From assembly GCA_002050235.1 (NCBI GenBank), contig MWST01000027.1, positions 25,155 through 89,154 of the forward strand: DNA of 64,000 nucleotides. Direction: 5' to 3'. Shown here piece by piece: positions 10,340-19,710 of this stretch. Under the pieces are notes generated by a model. That model was not told the DNA's origin, searched no databases, and saw only the letters and a list, made by a program, of their open reading frames with translations. The translations under genes were made by a program, and so were the position numbers. Source of the DNA: Polyangiaceae bacterium UTPRO1. GTDB lineage: Bacteria; Desulfobacterota; Binatia; UTPRO1. Every line of letters starts with the position of its first letter. Position 1 is the stretch's first letter.

Positions 10340-11626
10340 ATGTCGTTGGGGGAAACCCTCCCGTTCTGGTCGATAGCTCCCTTCGCGCTGATGCTCCTCG
10401 GGATCGCGCTGATCCCTCTGCGCTGGCCGCACTTCTGGGAGAGCAACGCCAACAAGGGAATCGTGAGCGCCGTCCTGGGCGTGCCGGTGGCGTTATACGT
10501 CGCGACCCACGATCCGCACCTCCTGTGGCACACGACACTCGAGTACGTGTCGTTCATCGCGCTGCTCGGCGCGCTCTTCACGATCTCGGGGGGTATCGTG
10601 CTGCGCGGCGACCTGCGTGCGACGCCGGCGATCAACACGGCGTTTCTCGGAGTCGGCGCCCTGCTCGCGAACATCATCGGGACGACCGGCGCCAGCATGC
10701 TGCTGATACGGCCGCTCCTCCAGACCAACTCCGAACGCAAGCACGTCGGCCACATCCCGATCCTCTTCATCTTCGTCGTCTCCAATTGCGCCGGTCTGCT
10801 GACGCCGCTCGGCGATCCGCCGCTCTTCCTCGGCTATCTGCGAGGCGTTCCGTTTTTCTGGACCCTGCGCCTCCTGCCCGAGTGGATCTGTGTTGTATCG
10901 ATCCTGCTCGTCGTGTTCTACGTTATGGACGGACGTGCGATCGCCAAGGAGTCGGCGACGGATCTACGGCGCGACGTCGAGGAGCAGGTGCCCCTGCATC
11001 TCGCCGGAACGATCAACGCCCTCTATCTACTCGGCGTCGTGATCGCCGTGCTGATCAGCCCATCGCTCCCGGAGGGTCCGGCTCGCGAAGGGGTGCGCCT
11101 CGGCGTCATGGCCGCCATGACCGCGCTCTCGCTCGCGACCACGCCGCAAGCGCTGCGCCGCGAGAACGGGTTCACCTTCGGGCCGATCACCGAAGTGGCG
11201 GTACTCTTCGCAGGCATCTTCGCGACGATGATCCCGGCGCTCGAGATCCTCCGTGTGCGCGGCGCCGAGTTCGGCATTCGGGAGCCGTGGCAGTTTTTTT
11301 GGATGTCGGGGATCCTCTCGTCTTTCTTGGACAACGCCCCGACGTACCTGACTTTCGCGTCGCTAGCGCAGAGCATCGGTCCCGGCGCCGATACCGCCGT
11401 GGCCCTGGCCGGAGGACCTGTCTCGGCGACGCTCCTGACGGCGATCTCGGCGGGCTCGGTACTCATGGGCGCCAACAGCTACATCGGCAACGGGCCCAAC
11501 TTCATGGTCAAGGCGATCGCCGAGGAGCAGGGCGTGGCCATGCCGAGCTTCGGGGGCTATCTGCTCTGGTCGGTAGCGATCCTCATACCGATATTCGTCG
11601 TGATGACGTTGGTGTTCTTCAGGTGA
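10340..11626 (+). CDS. Putative Na+/H+ antiporter / ion transporter (IT superfamily)
   Basis: GTTGASML, LTPLGDPPLFLGYLRG, SSFLDNAPTYL, YIGNGPNFMVK; alternative start at 10322. Confidence 0.85.
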   Translation: MSLGETLPFWSIAPFALMLLGIALIPLRWPHFWESNANKGIVSAVLGVPVALYVATHDPHLLWHTTLEYVSFIALLGALFTISGGIVLRGDLRATPAINTAFLGVGALLANIIGTTGASMLLIRPLLQTNSERKHVGHIPILFIFVVSNCAGLLTPLGDPPLFLGYLRGVPFFWTLRLLPEWICVVSILLVVFYVMDGRAIAKESATDLRRDVEEQVPLHLAGTINALYLLGVVIAVLISPSLPEGPAREGVRLGVMAAMTALSLATTPQALRRENGFTFGPITEVAVLFAGIFATMIPALEILRVRGAEFGIREPWQFFWMSGILSSFLDNAPTYLTFASLAQSIGPGADTAVALAGGPVSATLLTAISAGSVLMGANSYIGNGPNFMVKAIAEEQGVAMPSFGGYLLWSVAILIPIFVVMTLVFFR

Positions 11627-11627
11627 C

Positions 11628-12308
11628 ATGAGCGGCGAGCGGCAGGCGATTCTCGTGCTCCGCGCCAGCGGTGCGGCGGTCCTCCTGCTCTCGGTTGCTA
11701 TGCTGGCGGCCTTTCCCGCGTCTCCGGCCGAGCGCAACGTCCCTGGGTTCACGAGCCCCGTCGTCGGCTTCGAGCTCGCGACGACGCCCGAAGAAGTTCT
11801 CGGCATCCTCGGTCACCCGGGAAACCCGGCGCGCGCTGCGGTGGTGGAGCGGATGAACCGGGGAAATCGCATCGACTTCCTCTTCATGATCGCGTACCCG
11901 GCGCTCTACATCGGCATCGTCCTGCTGCTGCGCGCCCGCGGTCGCCTCACCGGGAGCCTCGGGCGGGTGGCGATGCTGCTCCCCGGCGTGATGTGGCTCG
12001 GCGATGTCCTCGAGAATCGCGAGCTGCTCGCGCTTGCCGCGCTCACCGATCCGGCTGCGATGGCGGGCGCGCTCGCGCGCCTGCGGCCTTGTACGCTCGT
12101 GAAGTGGCACGCGCTTTTCGCGATGTCGATCCTGGTCGCCTATCCGATCTGGAAGGATCGGAGCTGGTGGCGGTGGGCAGGTCCGGTCTTCGGCGCCGCA
12201 GGGAGCGTCGGTCTCGCTTCGGTGCTGGCGCCCCCGGCGACCGAGATCGCCGCCTATCTACTGTCGCTGGGCTGGCTCGCCACCTGGGCCTACGCGCTGC
12301 GGGCGTGA
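11628..12308 (+). CDS. Hypothetical integral membrane protein
   Basis: Several TM helices; starts 1 nt after the antiporter stop. Confidence 0.7.
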   Translation: MSGERQAILVLRASGAAVLLLSVAMLAAFPASPAERNVPGFTSPVVGFELATTPEEVLGILGHPGNPARAAVVERMNRGNRIDFLFMIAYPALYIGIVLLLRARGRLTGSLGRVAMLLPGVMWLGDVLENRELLALAALTDPAAMAGALARLRPCTLVKWHALFAMSILVAYPIWKDRSWWRWAGPVFGAAGSVGLASVLAPPATEIAAYLLSLGWLATWAYALRA

Positions 12309-12327
12309 ACGACGCGGCGAGCATCTC

Positions 12328-12343
12328 TGGCACTGTTCGTGCA
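12328..12343 (+). promoter_or_regulatory. Sigma-54 (-24/-12) promoter of the two-component operon
   Basis: TGGCAC-TGTTC-GTGCA with GG-N10-GC spacing, about 50 nt upstream of the kinase ATG. Confidence 0.7.
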
Positions 12344-12390
12344 TAATCGTCGGCAGTGCCCGGCGCCATCACTCCCACCGGGGGTCGCGG

Positions 12391-13884
12391 ATGAAGCTGG
12401 CCCGTCGACTCATGCTGGCGCTCATCCTCGCGATTTCCGCGGTGATGGCGCTGAACTCGTACGTCCGCGTCCACCGGGCGCTCGCGTACTTCGAGACCGA
12501 CCGGCAGACCGACGAGCGCTTGCTCGGCCGCGTGCTCGGCGCCGCCGTGCGGACGGTCTGGGAGCATGACGGCGTCGAGCGCGCCCGCGACATCATCCGC
12601 CGGGCCGACGACAGCGTGAGCGAGGTGCGGATCCGCTGGGTGTGGCTGGATGCGCACGGGGCTCCCGAGGAGCTGCCGGTCGTGCCCCTCGACGATTTCC
12701 GGGAGGAGGTGGTGAACGGCAAGATCATCCGGCTCCAGCACGAAGAAACGGGCGAGGATCGGCGTTTTGCATACCTGCCGGTGGTTCTGCCCGGACAGCG
12801 GCCGGCGGCGGTCGAGGTGTCGTCATCGCTGGCGCGCGAGCGTGCGTACCTGCGCGGGAGCGTCTTGACGGCGTTGGCGACGACGTTGGTGATCGCGACC
12901 TGTTGCGGGCTCATCGCCATGGGCCTCGGCTATTGGTTCGTCGGTCAGCCGATCGCCGAGCTGTGCCGTCAGGCGCAGAGCATCGGCAGCGGCGACTTTT
13001 CCACACGCGTCACCGTGCGTCATCGCGACGAGATCGGGCAGCTCGGGCTCGAGATCAACGTCATGAGCGAGCGCCTCGCCGAAGCCAATCGGCGTATTGC
13101 CGCGGAAACCGAAGCTCGGATCGCGACGCTCGAGCAACTGCGTCATGTCGATCGTCTGAAGACCCTCGGCCAGCTGGCCTCGGGGGTGGCGCACGAGCTC
13201 GGCACGCCCCTCAATGTCATTGCCGGCCGCGCCAAGCGTGGCCGCAGCGGAGGGCAATCGGCGGAGGAGCAGCAACGCGCCTTCGGCGTGATCGCCGAGC
13301 AGGCCGATCGCATGACGGGGATCATTCGACAGCTCCTGGAATTCGCCCGCGTGCGGGGCCCGCGGCTCGGGGTCCGCGACCTGCGGCAGGTGACCCGCAG
13401 TGCGCTCGATCTGCTGTCGCCGCTCGCGGAGAAGCGCGGTGTCGTGATCGCGCTCGCAACCGATGCAGTGCCGGTGTCCGCCGAGGTCGACGGCAACCAG
13501 ATGCAGCAGGCGCTCACCAACGTGGCCATGAACGGTCTGCAGGCCATGCGCCCCGGCGGGGAGCTACGCGCGTCGGTCAGTCGTATATGGGCGACGCCGC
13601 CGGCAGGAAACGGCGGGGTGCCCGGCGAATATGCGTGTATCGCCATCCAGGACCAAGGCGGCGGCATTCCCCCGGAGGACATCCCGCACGTCTTCGAGCC
13701 GTTTTTCACGACCAAGGACGTCGGCGAAGGCACGGGCCTCGGGCTGTCGGTGACGTGGGGGATAGTGCGCGAGCACGGAGGCTGGATCGACGTCGCGAGC
13801 GAGGCCGGGTGCGGGACGACGTTCCGCATCTACTTGGCGCTGGCGAGCCCGCTCGTGCCGCCAGTGGCGGAGACGAGCGCGTGA
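12391..13884 (+). CDS. HAMP-domain sensor histidine kinase
   Basis: Two TM helices, HAMP (DEIGQLG), H-box VAHELGTPLN, N-box NVAMNGLQAM, DQGGGI, FFTTKDVGEGTGLGL. Confidence 0.96.
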   Translation: MKLARRLMLALILAISAVMALNSYVRVHRALAYFETDRQTDERLLGRVLGAAVRTVWEHDGVERARDIIRRADDSVSEVRIRWVWLDAHGAPEELPVVPLDDFREEVVNGKIIRLQHEETGEDRRFAYLPVVLPGQRPAAVEVSSSLARERAYLRGSVLTALATTLVIATCCGLIAMGLGYWFVGQPIAELCRQAQSIGSGDFSTRVTVRHRDEIGQLGLEINVMSERLAEANRRIAAETEARIATLEQLRHVDRLKTLGQLASGVAHELGTPLNVIAGRAKRGRSGGQSAEEQQRAFGVIAEQADRMTGIIRQLLEFARVRGPRLGVRDLRQVTRSALDLLSPLAEKRGVVIALATDAVPVSAEVDGNQMQQALTNVAMNGLQAMRPGGELRASVSRIWATPPAGNGGVPGEYACIAIQDQGGGIPPEDIPHVFEPFFTTKDVGEGTGLGLSVTWGIVREHGGWIDVASEAGCGTTFRIYLALASPLVPPVAETSA

Positions 13885-15254
13885 CCGCCAGCGTGCTCGT
13901 AGTCGACGACGACCGGGCTATGGGCGAGTTCCTGGTCGGCGAGCTCGAGGAAAAACACTTCTCCGTCCAGAGCTGCACCTCCGGGCGCGCGGCGCTCGAC
14001 GCGCTTGCGCTCGCCTCCTTCGACGTCGTGGTGACCGACCTCAACATGCCGCAGATGAGCGGGCTCGCATTCTGCGAGCGCATGGCCGCCGACCACCCCC
14101 AGGTACCGATCATCGTGCTGACCGCGTTCGGCAGCATTGAAACCGCGGTTGCGGCGATCCGTGCCGGCGCCTACGACTTTCTCACCAAGCCGGTCGAGAT
14201 CGACGCACTCGCGCTCGCACTGGAGCGGGCGGCTCAGCACCGGCGCCTGCGCGACGAGGTGCACCGTCTGCGCAGCGTCGTTGCCGCGACCCAGCAGTAC
14301 GAGGATCTCGTCGGCAGCAGCTCGGCGATGCAGCGCCTCTACCGGCTCCTCGACGATCTTGCAGATTCGGATGCGTCGGTTCTCGTCTCGGGCGAGAGTG
14401 GTACCGGTAAGGAGCTCGTAGCGCGCGCGCTGCATCGGCGTGGACGTCGGAGCGATGGCCCCTTCGTCGCCCAGAACTGCGCTGCGATTCCGTCCGCACT
14501 GCTCGAGAGCGAGCTCTTCGGGCATGTTCGCGGCGCGTTTACCGACGCGCGCGCCGCGCGTACCGGGCTCTTCGTGAGGGCGAGCGGCGGTACGCTCTTT
14601 CTCGACGAGATCGGAGAGCTGCCGCTCGAGCTGCAGCCGAAGCTCTTGCGGGCGCTTCAGGAGCGCGTGGTGCGACCGCTCGGTGCCGATGCCGAGGTAC
14701 CCTTCGACGTGCGCTTGGTGGCGGCTACCAACCGCGACCTCGATCTCGCGGTCGAGGAGCGGCGGTTTCGTGAAGATCTGTATTTCCGGGTGAACGTCGT
14801 GCACGTCGAGTTGCCGCCGCTGCGGGCGCGCGGCAACGACGTCATGCTCCTGGCACAGCGTTTCCTGGAGCGCTTCGCCGCCCGCAGCGAGAAGCCGATC
14901 ACGGGCATCTCGACGCCGGCTGCCGAGCTGCTCCTGGCCTATTCCTGGCCCGGCAATGTCCGTGAGCTCCAGAACTGCATCGAGCGGGCGGTGGCCCTGA
15001 CGCGCGGCGACGAAATTGCGGCGGCAGACCTCCCCGAGAAGATTCGCACCTATAGCGCGTCGCACGTCCTGCTCGCTGCCGATGACCCGTCGGAGCTGGT
15101 ACCCATGGAGGAGGTGGAGCGCCGCTACGTGCTGCGCGTCATGGAGGCCGTGGGCGGCAGCAAGAGTATGGCGGCGCGCGTGCTGGGGTTCGACCGCCGG
15201 ACGCTCTATAGAAAGCTCGAACGCTACGGGTACGGAGCCGGCGGACGGAAATGA
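13881..15254 (+). CDS. Sigma-54-dependent response regulator (NtrC/AtoC-type)
   Basis: Receiver VVDDD..TDLNMP, GESGTGKE, ESELFGHVRGAFTDA, LFLDEIGE, WPGNVREL, Fis HTH; GTG start overlaps the kinase stop. Confidence 0.96.
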   Translation: MTASVLVVDDDRAMGEFLVGELEEKHFSVQSCTSGRAALDALALASFDVVVTDLNMPQMSGLAFCERMAADHPQVPIIVLTAFGSIETAVAAIRAGAYDFLTKPVEIDALALALERAAQHRRLRDEVHRLRSVVAATQQYEDLVGSSSAMQRLYRLLDDLADSDASVLVSGESGTGKELVARALHRRGRRSDGPFVAQNCAAIPSALLESELFGHVRGAFTDARAARTGLFVRASGGTLFLDEIGELPLELQPKLLRALQERVVRPLGADAEVPFDVRLVAATNRDLDLAVEERRFREDLYFRVNVVHVELPPLRARGNDVMLLAQRFLERFAARSEKPITGISTPAAELLLAYSWPGNVRELQNCIERAVALTRGDEIAAADLPEKIRTYSASHVLLAADDPSELVPMEEVERRYVLRVMEAVGGSKSMAARVLGFDRRTLYRKLERYGYGAGGRK

Positions 15255-15335
15255 CCGCCGGCACTCTTGTCACAAATGAGCATTCTCGCCACATACTCGG
15301 GCTCCACGGTGCCTCGGTCCGTCCGCCATCCGCGA

Positions 15336-15351
15336 GGGTACGAGAACTGCT
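15336..15351 (+). promoter_or_regulatory. Putative sigma-54 promoter
   Basis: GGGTACG-AGAA-CTGCT with GG-N10-GC spacing; upstream tgtcacaaatgagca (about 15268-15282) resembles an enhancer-binding-protein site. Confidence 0.5.
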
Positions 15352-15365
15352 AGGATCCGGATCCG

Positions 15366-15446
15366 ATGGTCGATCTCATATTCGTGGCGCTCGGTTTGCT
15401 GATCGGCTGCGGCATCGTGGGTGTGGTCATGCACTGGGCTCGTTGA
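15366..15446 (+). CDS. Small 26-aa single-TM peptide MVDLIFVALGLLIGCGIVGVVMHWAR
   Basis: ATG 15366 to TGA 15444-46; one continuous hydrophobic helix with a basic C-terminus; below the ORF-track cutoff. Confidence 0.5.
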   Translation: MVDLIFVALGLLIGCGIVGVVMHWAR

Positions 15447-15666
15447 GCCCCTCGTCGCTGTTACTACGTAGACCTCGCATGCATCGTCTCTCCCCTCGGG
15501 TTGGGTGTCGGCTCGCGCTGGCGATGGTCACCGACATAGCGGACGCCAGGGTCGCGGCGCCGTCGGCTCGCGCGGGGCGGTCGACCGAGCTTCCGGCGAG
15601 CTTTCGCCCGAGCGCCTGTGGGGAAGACGATCGCGCCGGGCCGCAGCGTGCGCCGGCGGCCGTTCG

Positions 15667-17586
15667 GTGAGGAGCTCGGAGCAGTCGCACGCACGGGCGT
15701 GGCCGCGCGAGGTGTGGGTTCTCGTATTCGCGCTCGCCTGCCTCAACACTTTCGGCATCACGTGGGGGCTGCCGAATCCCAACGGTGATTGGGCCATCGA
15801 CTCGATCGCGCCGTTCGGACCTCTGCGCTACGCGCGGGAGATGCTCTACAGCGGTCACTGGTGGTCGAAGTACCCGCCGTTGCACTTCACGCTGCTGTCG
15901 CTCGTGTACGCTCCTTACGCCTTGTATCTGACGGTGACCGGCAGCCTGACGCCGGGAACGCTGGCGGCCTACCCTTGGGGGCTGAGTGATCCAGAGGTGT
16001 CGGTCACGTACTTCACCCTGATGGCGCGGGCCATGAGCGCGGCTATGAGCGTCGGGGTAGCGGTGATCGCCTATCGGCTCGCGGTCGAGCTCTCCGGACG
16101 CCTCGCCGGGATATTTGCGGCGATCGCTTTCGCATGCTCTCCGCTCGCCGTCTACTACGGCGCTGCCGCCAATCTCGACATGCCCTATCTCTTCTGGAGT
16201 AGCCTCGGGCTGCTCGCACTGGCCAGGATCGGCCGTGGAGCGCCGCTTGCGACGTACGTCCGCCTGGGCGTCTTCGCTGCGGCGGCGATGGCTACCAAGG
16301 ACCAGGCGTACGGGCTCTTCTTGCTCCTGCCGTTTCCGTTGCTGGCGCTGCACGGGCGGGTTCATGGCGGCAACGGTCTCCGCGACCGCCGGCTGTTGGC
16401 GGCCGGGGCCGCGGCGATCGTTACGTATCTGGTAGCAGCCAACGTGCTGCTCGACGTCCGCGGTTGGCTCGCGCACGTCCATTACATCACCCACGAGGGC
16501 TCGCGCCCCTACCAGATGTACCCGGCGACGCCGCTCGGCGTAGCTTCGTTCGCGCTCTACGTCGTCGGGCTCCTGTTCGAGACGGCGACACCTCCCATAG
16601 TGGTCCTCGCCGGCGTCGGCCTCTACGCGCTGCGACCGGGCGTGCAGCGCAGCGCGCTACTACTTCTGGCCGCTGCTGCTTCGTACTGCCTGACTTTCCT
16701 GGGGCCGATCCTGTACGTGTTCCCGCGCTTCGTCCTACCGCTGGTGTTCGTGTGCGCAGTCTTTGCCGGGGTCGGAGGTGCGGCGCTCGTGCGGCGGGCG
16801 GGCACGCTGGGGTGGGCGGCGGTCGCAGCCAGCCTCGCCATCGTCTTCCTTTACGGCACCTCGATGAATCTCGGGCTGGTGTGGGATTCGCGCTACGCCG
16901 CCGAGCACTGGCTGGCGGCGCACGTCGACGCCGGAACGCGTGTCGGCGTCAACGGCGAGAGAGTCTATCTACCGCGCCTCCCGGCCGACCTCGAGAGTGT
17001 GCCGGTGGATGTCACCACCGAAGGTCTGGTCTTCGCAGGCGCGCCGCCCGAGTTCCTGGTGTTCTCGGACGCCTACTATGCCCGTTATCTGCGCCGCGCC
17101 GCGGTTCGACCCGTGATGCTGGCGCTGCTCTCCGGCGCGTCGGGGTACCGGCGGGTGGCGACGTTCCACAGCCGGCACCTGCTCGCGACCCGCCTAATTC
17201 CGACGATGAATCCCCGTATCGTCGTGATGCAGCGTATTGCGCAGCTAGACGGTTCCGGCAGCGACCTGCAACTCACGGAACGAGTCCTCGACCGCACGTG
17301 CGAACTCGTGCAGGTCGGGCACGAGATCCCAGTCGGCGATGAAGCCCCAGCAGAGTCGGCCGGCGTAGCTGAAGAGCGCGACGCCGAGGGCCTGGTTGGG
17401 GAGGAGGGCCAGCATGGGGTAGCACTCCCGGAGCTCGGCGCCGAGGAGGTAGAGCGGAATTTGCGGTCCCGGGACGTTCGTCACGACCAGGTTGAACGGG
17501 CGAGTGCGCGTGCTGAGACGCAGCGCCGACGAGAGCAGTGTCGTGCTCGTCCATTCACTGACGGCTGCGAGGACCCGCGCACCTAG
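15667..17586 (+). CDS. ArnT/GT39-like membrane glycosyltransferase; C-terminus reads into the antisense strand of WS/DGAT
   Basis: ITWGLP, SKYPPLHF, ANLDMPY, AMATKDQAY motifs; start uncertain (GTG 15667); the last roughly 114 codons look like antisense shadow. Confidence 0.75.
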   Translation: MRSSEQSHARAWPREVWVLVFALACLNTFGITWGLPNPNGDWAIDSIAPFGPLRYAREMLYSGHWWSKYPPLHFTLLSLVYAPYALYLTVTGSLTPGTLAAYPWGLSDPEVSVTYFTLMARAMSAAMSVGVAVIAYRLAVELSGRLAGIFAAIAFACSPLAVYYGAAANLDMPYLFWSSLGLLALARIGRGAPLATYVRLGVFAAAAMATKDQAYGLFLLLPFPLLALHGRVHGGNGLRDRRLLAAGAAAIVTYLVAANVLLDVRGWLAHVHYITHEGSRPYQMYPATPLGVASFALYVVGLLFETATPPIVVLAGVGLYALRPGVQRSALLLLAAAASYCLTFLGPILYVFPRFVLPLVFVCAVFAGVGGAALVRRAGTLGWAAVAASLAIVFLYGTSMNLGLVWDSRYAAEHWLAAHVDAGTRVGVNGERVYLPRLPADLESVPVDVTTEGLVFAGAPPEFLVFSDAYYARYLRRAAVRPVMLALLSGASGYRRVATFHSRHLLATRLIPTMNPRIVVMQRIAQLDGSGSDLQLTERVLDRTCELVQVGHEIPVGDEAPAESAGVAEERDAEGLVGEEGQHGVALPELGAEEVERNLRSRDVRHDQVERASARAETQRRREQCRARPFTDGCEDPRT

Positions 17587-18657
17587 CGTCTGCCGCGACT
17601 CCTTCAAGCGTGCGGTGGCGGCGCGGACCTTGTCGAGACGGCGCCGCGGGTCGCGTTCGGCGACGGGGAGCTCCGTGATCCAGAGAGCGATCTGGTTGCC
17701 GAGCGCGCCGCGCTCCTCGTCGCTGCGGATGCTGACCGGAATGCTCGCACGCAGCTCCAGGACATCGACGTTGACGCGCCGACTTTCGAGGAACGTACGC
17801 AGCGCGCCGGCCACCGTCGCCAATACGATGTCGTTGACGGTGCCGCCGAGGCGATTTTTCACGGCCTTGATGGCCTCGAGGTCGAGCGTCCGCCAGTCGT
17901 AGCGACGATGCGGGCCGATCGGTAGGTTGATCGGCGTCGGTGACGCCGGGCGCGCAGCCACGCCGAGTGTCTCGGCAAGGGCGCTGATGCTCTCCCAGAA
18001 TCCCGCGAGGAGGCGGGTCGGCGCTCCGAACGGGCAGGGCGTCTCCCGCAGAAGCTCGAGCGGCGCGCGGAGGCGCCGTACCCACTCGTCGCGAAAGATC
18101 TGGAAAGACGTAGGCGCCGGGCGCGGTATCCAGCGCGGGCCGGAGGTGAATTCGGCCGACGGCGCCGGGGTCAGCAGCACCGCCAGCAGATCGACGCCGG
18201 AGATACCGTCGACCATGCAGTGGTGGGCCTTGGCTACGAGCGCGAAGCGCCCGCCCTCGAGTCCTTCGACGACCCAGATCTCCCAGAGCGGCTTGTCGCG
18301 ATCGAGTTGCTGAGAGACGATGCGCGCGGCGAGTCGCTTCAGCTGCCGCTCGTCGCCGGGGCGCGGCAGGGCGCTGTGGCGCACGTGGTAGTGGATGTTG
18401 AAGTGCTCGTCGTCGATCCACACCAGGCGGTTCCCGAGCGGGACCGTCGCGAGCCGTTGGCGGTAGCGCGGAATCAAGTGCAGCCGTGATTCGATGTAGA
18501 TGCGGATGAGATCGACGTCGATGCCGCCGTCGAAGCGCGAGAGCGGCGCCGCTTCGAGCACCAGCACCGCGGCGATGTGCTGGTGTGTCGTCGGGCTTTC
18601 GATCGCGAGAAAGGAGTAGTCGACGACGGAGAGGCGATCGAAAGCGTAGCGTTGCAT
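17245..18657 (-). CDS. Wax ester synthase / diacylglycerol acyltransferase (WS/DGAT)
   Basis: HHCMVDGISG catalytic motif, LDRDKPLWE, GGTVNDIVL, NLVVTNVPGPQ. Confidence 0.96.
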   Translation of the reverse strand: MQRYAFDRLSVVDYSFLAIESPTTHQHIAAVLVLEAAPLSRFDGGIDVDLIRIYIESRLHLIPRYRQRLATVPLGNRLVWIDDEHFNIHYHVRHSALPRPGDERQLKRLAARIVSQQLDRDKPLWEIWVVEGLEGGRFALVAKAHHCMVDGISGVDLLAVLLTPAPSAEFTSGPRWIPRPAPTSFQIFRDEWVRRLRAPLELLRETPCPFGAPTRLLAGFWESISALAETLGVAARPASPTPINLPIGPHRRYDWRTLDLEAIKAVKNRLGGTVNDIVLATVAGALRTFLESRRVNVDVLELRASIPVSIRSDEERGALGNQIALWITELPVAERDPRRRLDKVRAATARLKESRQTLGARVLAAVSEWTSTTLLSSALRLSTRTRPFNLVVTNVPGPQIPLYLLGAELRECYPMLALLPNQALGVALFSYAGRLCWGFIADWDLVPDLHEFARAVEDSFRELQVAAGTV

Positions 18658-18744
18658 GTTGGCGGGCTTCGGAGACCGGGGTCTCGGCCCGCCCACTATA
18701 GCCGAGCCGGCGGGCCTGGGGATGCCCCGATCGGGTGCGGGCGG

Positions 18745-19020
18745 CTAGAAGACTCCGGCGATGACCTCGAAGGGAAGGGCCACCAAGTCGAGGATCAAGG
18801 TGAGCGGCACGAGCGGCACCTTGGCGACCGGGTGCACGTCGAGGTCGAGCGCCGATCTCGTGGCGACGAAGATGTACTCGTCGTTGTAGCCGCCGCGCCG
18901 GTCCTCGTAGCGATCACGATAGCGATCCGCGAAAGCGGGTGCGGCAGGGACTGCGGCGACGAGCGCCAGCACCAACAGCGAAGCCGCACAGCGGCGGAGC
19001 ACGACGGCGCGCATGGGCAT
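18745..19020 (-). CDS. Small exported hypothetical protein
   Basis: SD GAGGAGG, signal peptide ending AFA, C-terminal hydrophobic LILDLVALPFEVIAGVF. Confidence 0.65.
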   Translation of the reverse strand: MPMRAVVLRRCAASLLVLALVAAVPAAPAFADRYRDRYEDRRGGYNDEYIFVATRSALDLDVHPVAKVPLVPLTLILDLVALPFEVIAGVF

Positions 19021-19040
19021 CGAATCCTCCTCGAAGGGGT

Positions 19041-19505
19041 TCACGCGCGCTCCCGCGGCTGCAAAACGACCACCGGAATCGGGCGTGCAGTGAGCAACTC
19101 GTAACGCGAGTAGAAGGGATTGGAGGCGGTGAGCATCGGCCAGAGACGTCGGCGCTCCTCGGAGTCGGCGGCGTGGGCGACGACCGGTATGCGGCTCGCA
19201 CCGACTTGTACGACCGCTTCGGGCTGCGCCTGCAGGTTCAGCCACCAGGCGGGATCGCGGTCGGCGCCGCCGTTCGAGGCGACGACGACGTAGTCGTCGC
19301 CGTCGAGCACGTAGGTGAGTGCTACGGTGCGCTGCTCGCCCGAACGCCTACCTGTCGTGGTGAGCAGGAGGCTCGCGAGGCCGGCGGTCCAGTGTCCGAT
19401 CAAGCCGTAGGTCACTCGGTAGAGGCGCGTGTGCACCCAGCCGACGAGCTTCCACAGTCCGCTCTCACCGACGAGCGTGAGCGCTTGACGCGTGACCCCC
19501 CACAC
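19041..19505 (-). CDS. Deazaflavin (F420)-dependent nitroreductase family protein (Ddn-like)
   Basis: LLLTTTGRRSGEQR, VVASNGGADRDPAWWLNLQAQP, RPIPVVVL. Confidence 0.9.
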   Translation of the reverse strand: MWGVTRQALTLVGESGLWKLVGWVHTRLYRVTYGLIGHWTAGLASLLLTTTGRRSGEQRTVALTYVLDGDDYVVVASNGGADRDPAWWLNLQAQPEAVVQVGASRIPVVAHAADSEERRRLWPMLTASNPFYSRYELLTARPIPVVVLQPRERA

Positions 19506-19710
19506 GGTTCGAGTTTTCCAGGCCGCTCGCGGAGGCGCAAGCAGCGTTGCGCTCGAGGCCTGCGCCGGGACCGGTAATGACTAACGGCAGGGCATAGGCT
19601 GGACGTGAGAGCACCCTTGAAGGCCGCGTGCAGGCCGTCGTCCGACGGCCGTCGTCTTGACGAGGCAGCAGCCCGGGCAGTAGCTTGCCGCTCCCATTCG
19701 AGGTTCGCGC

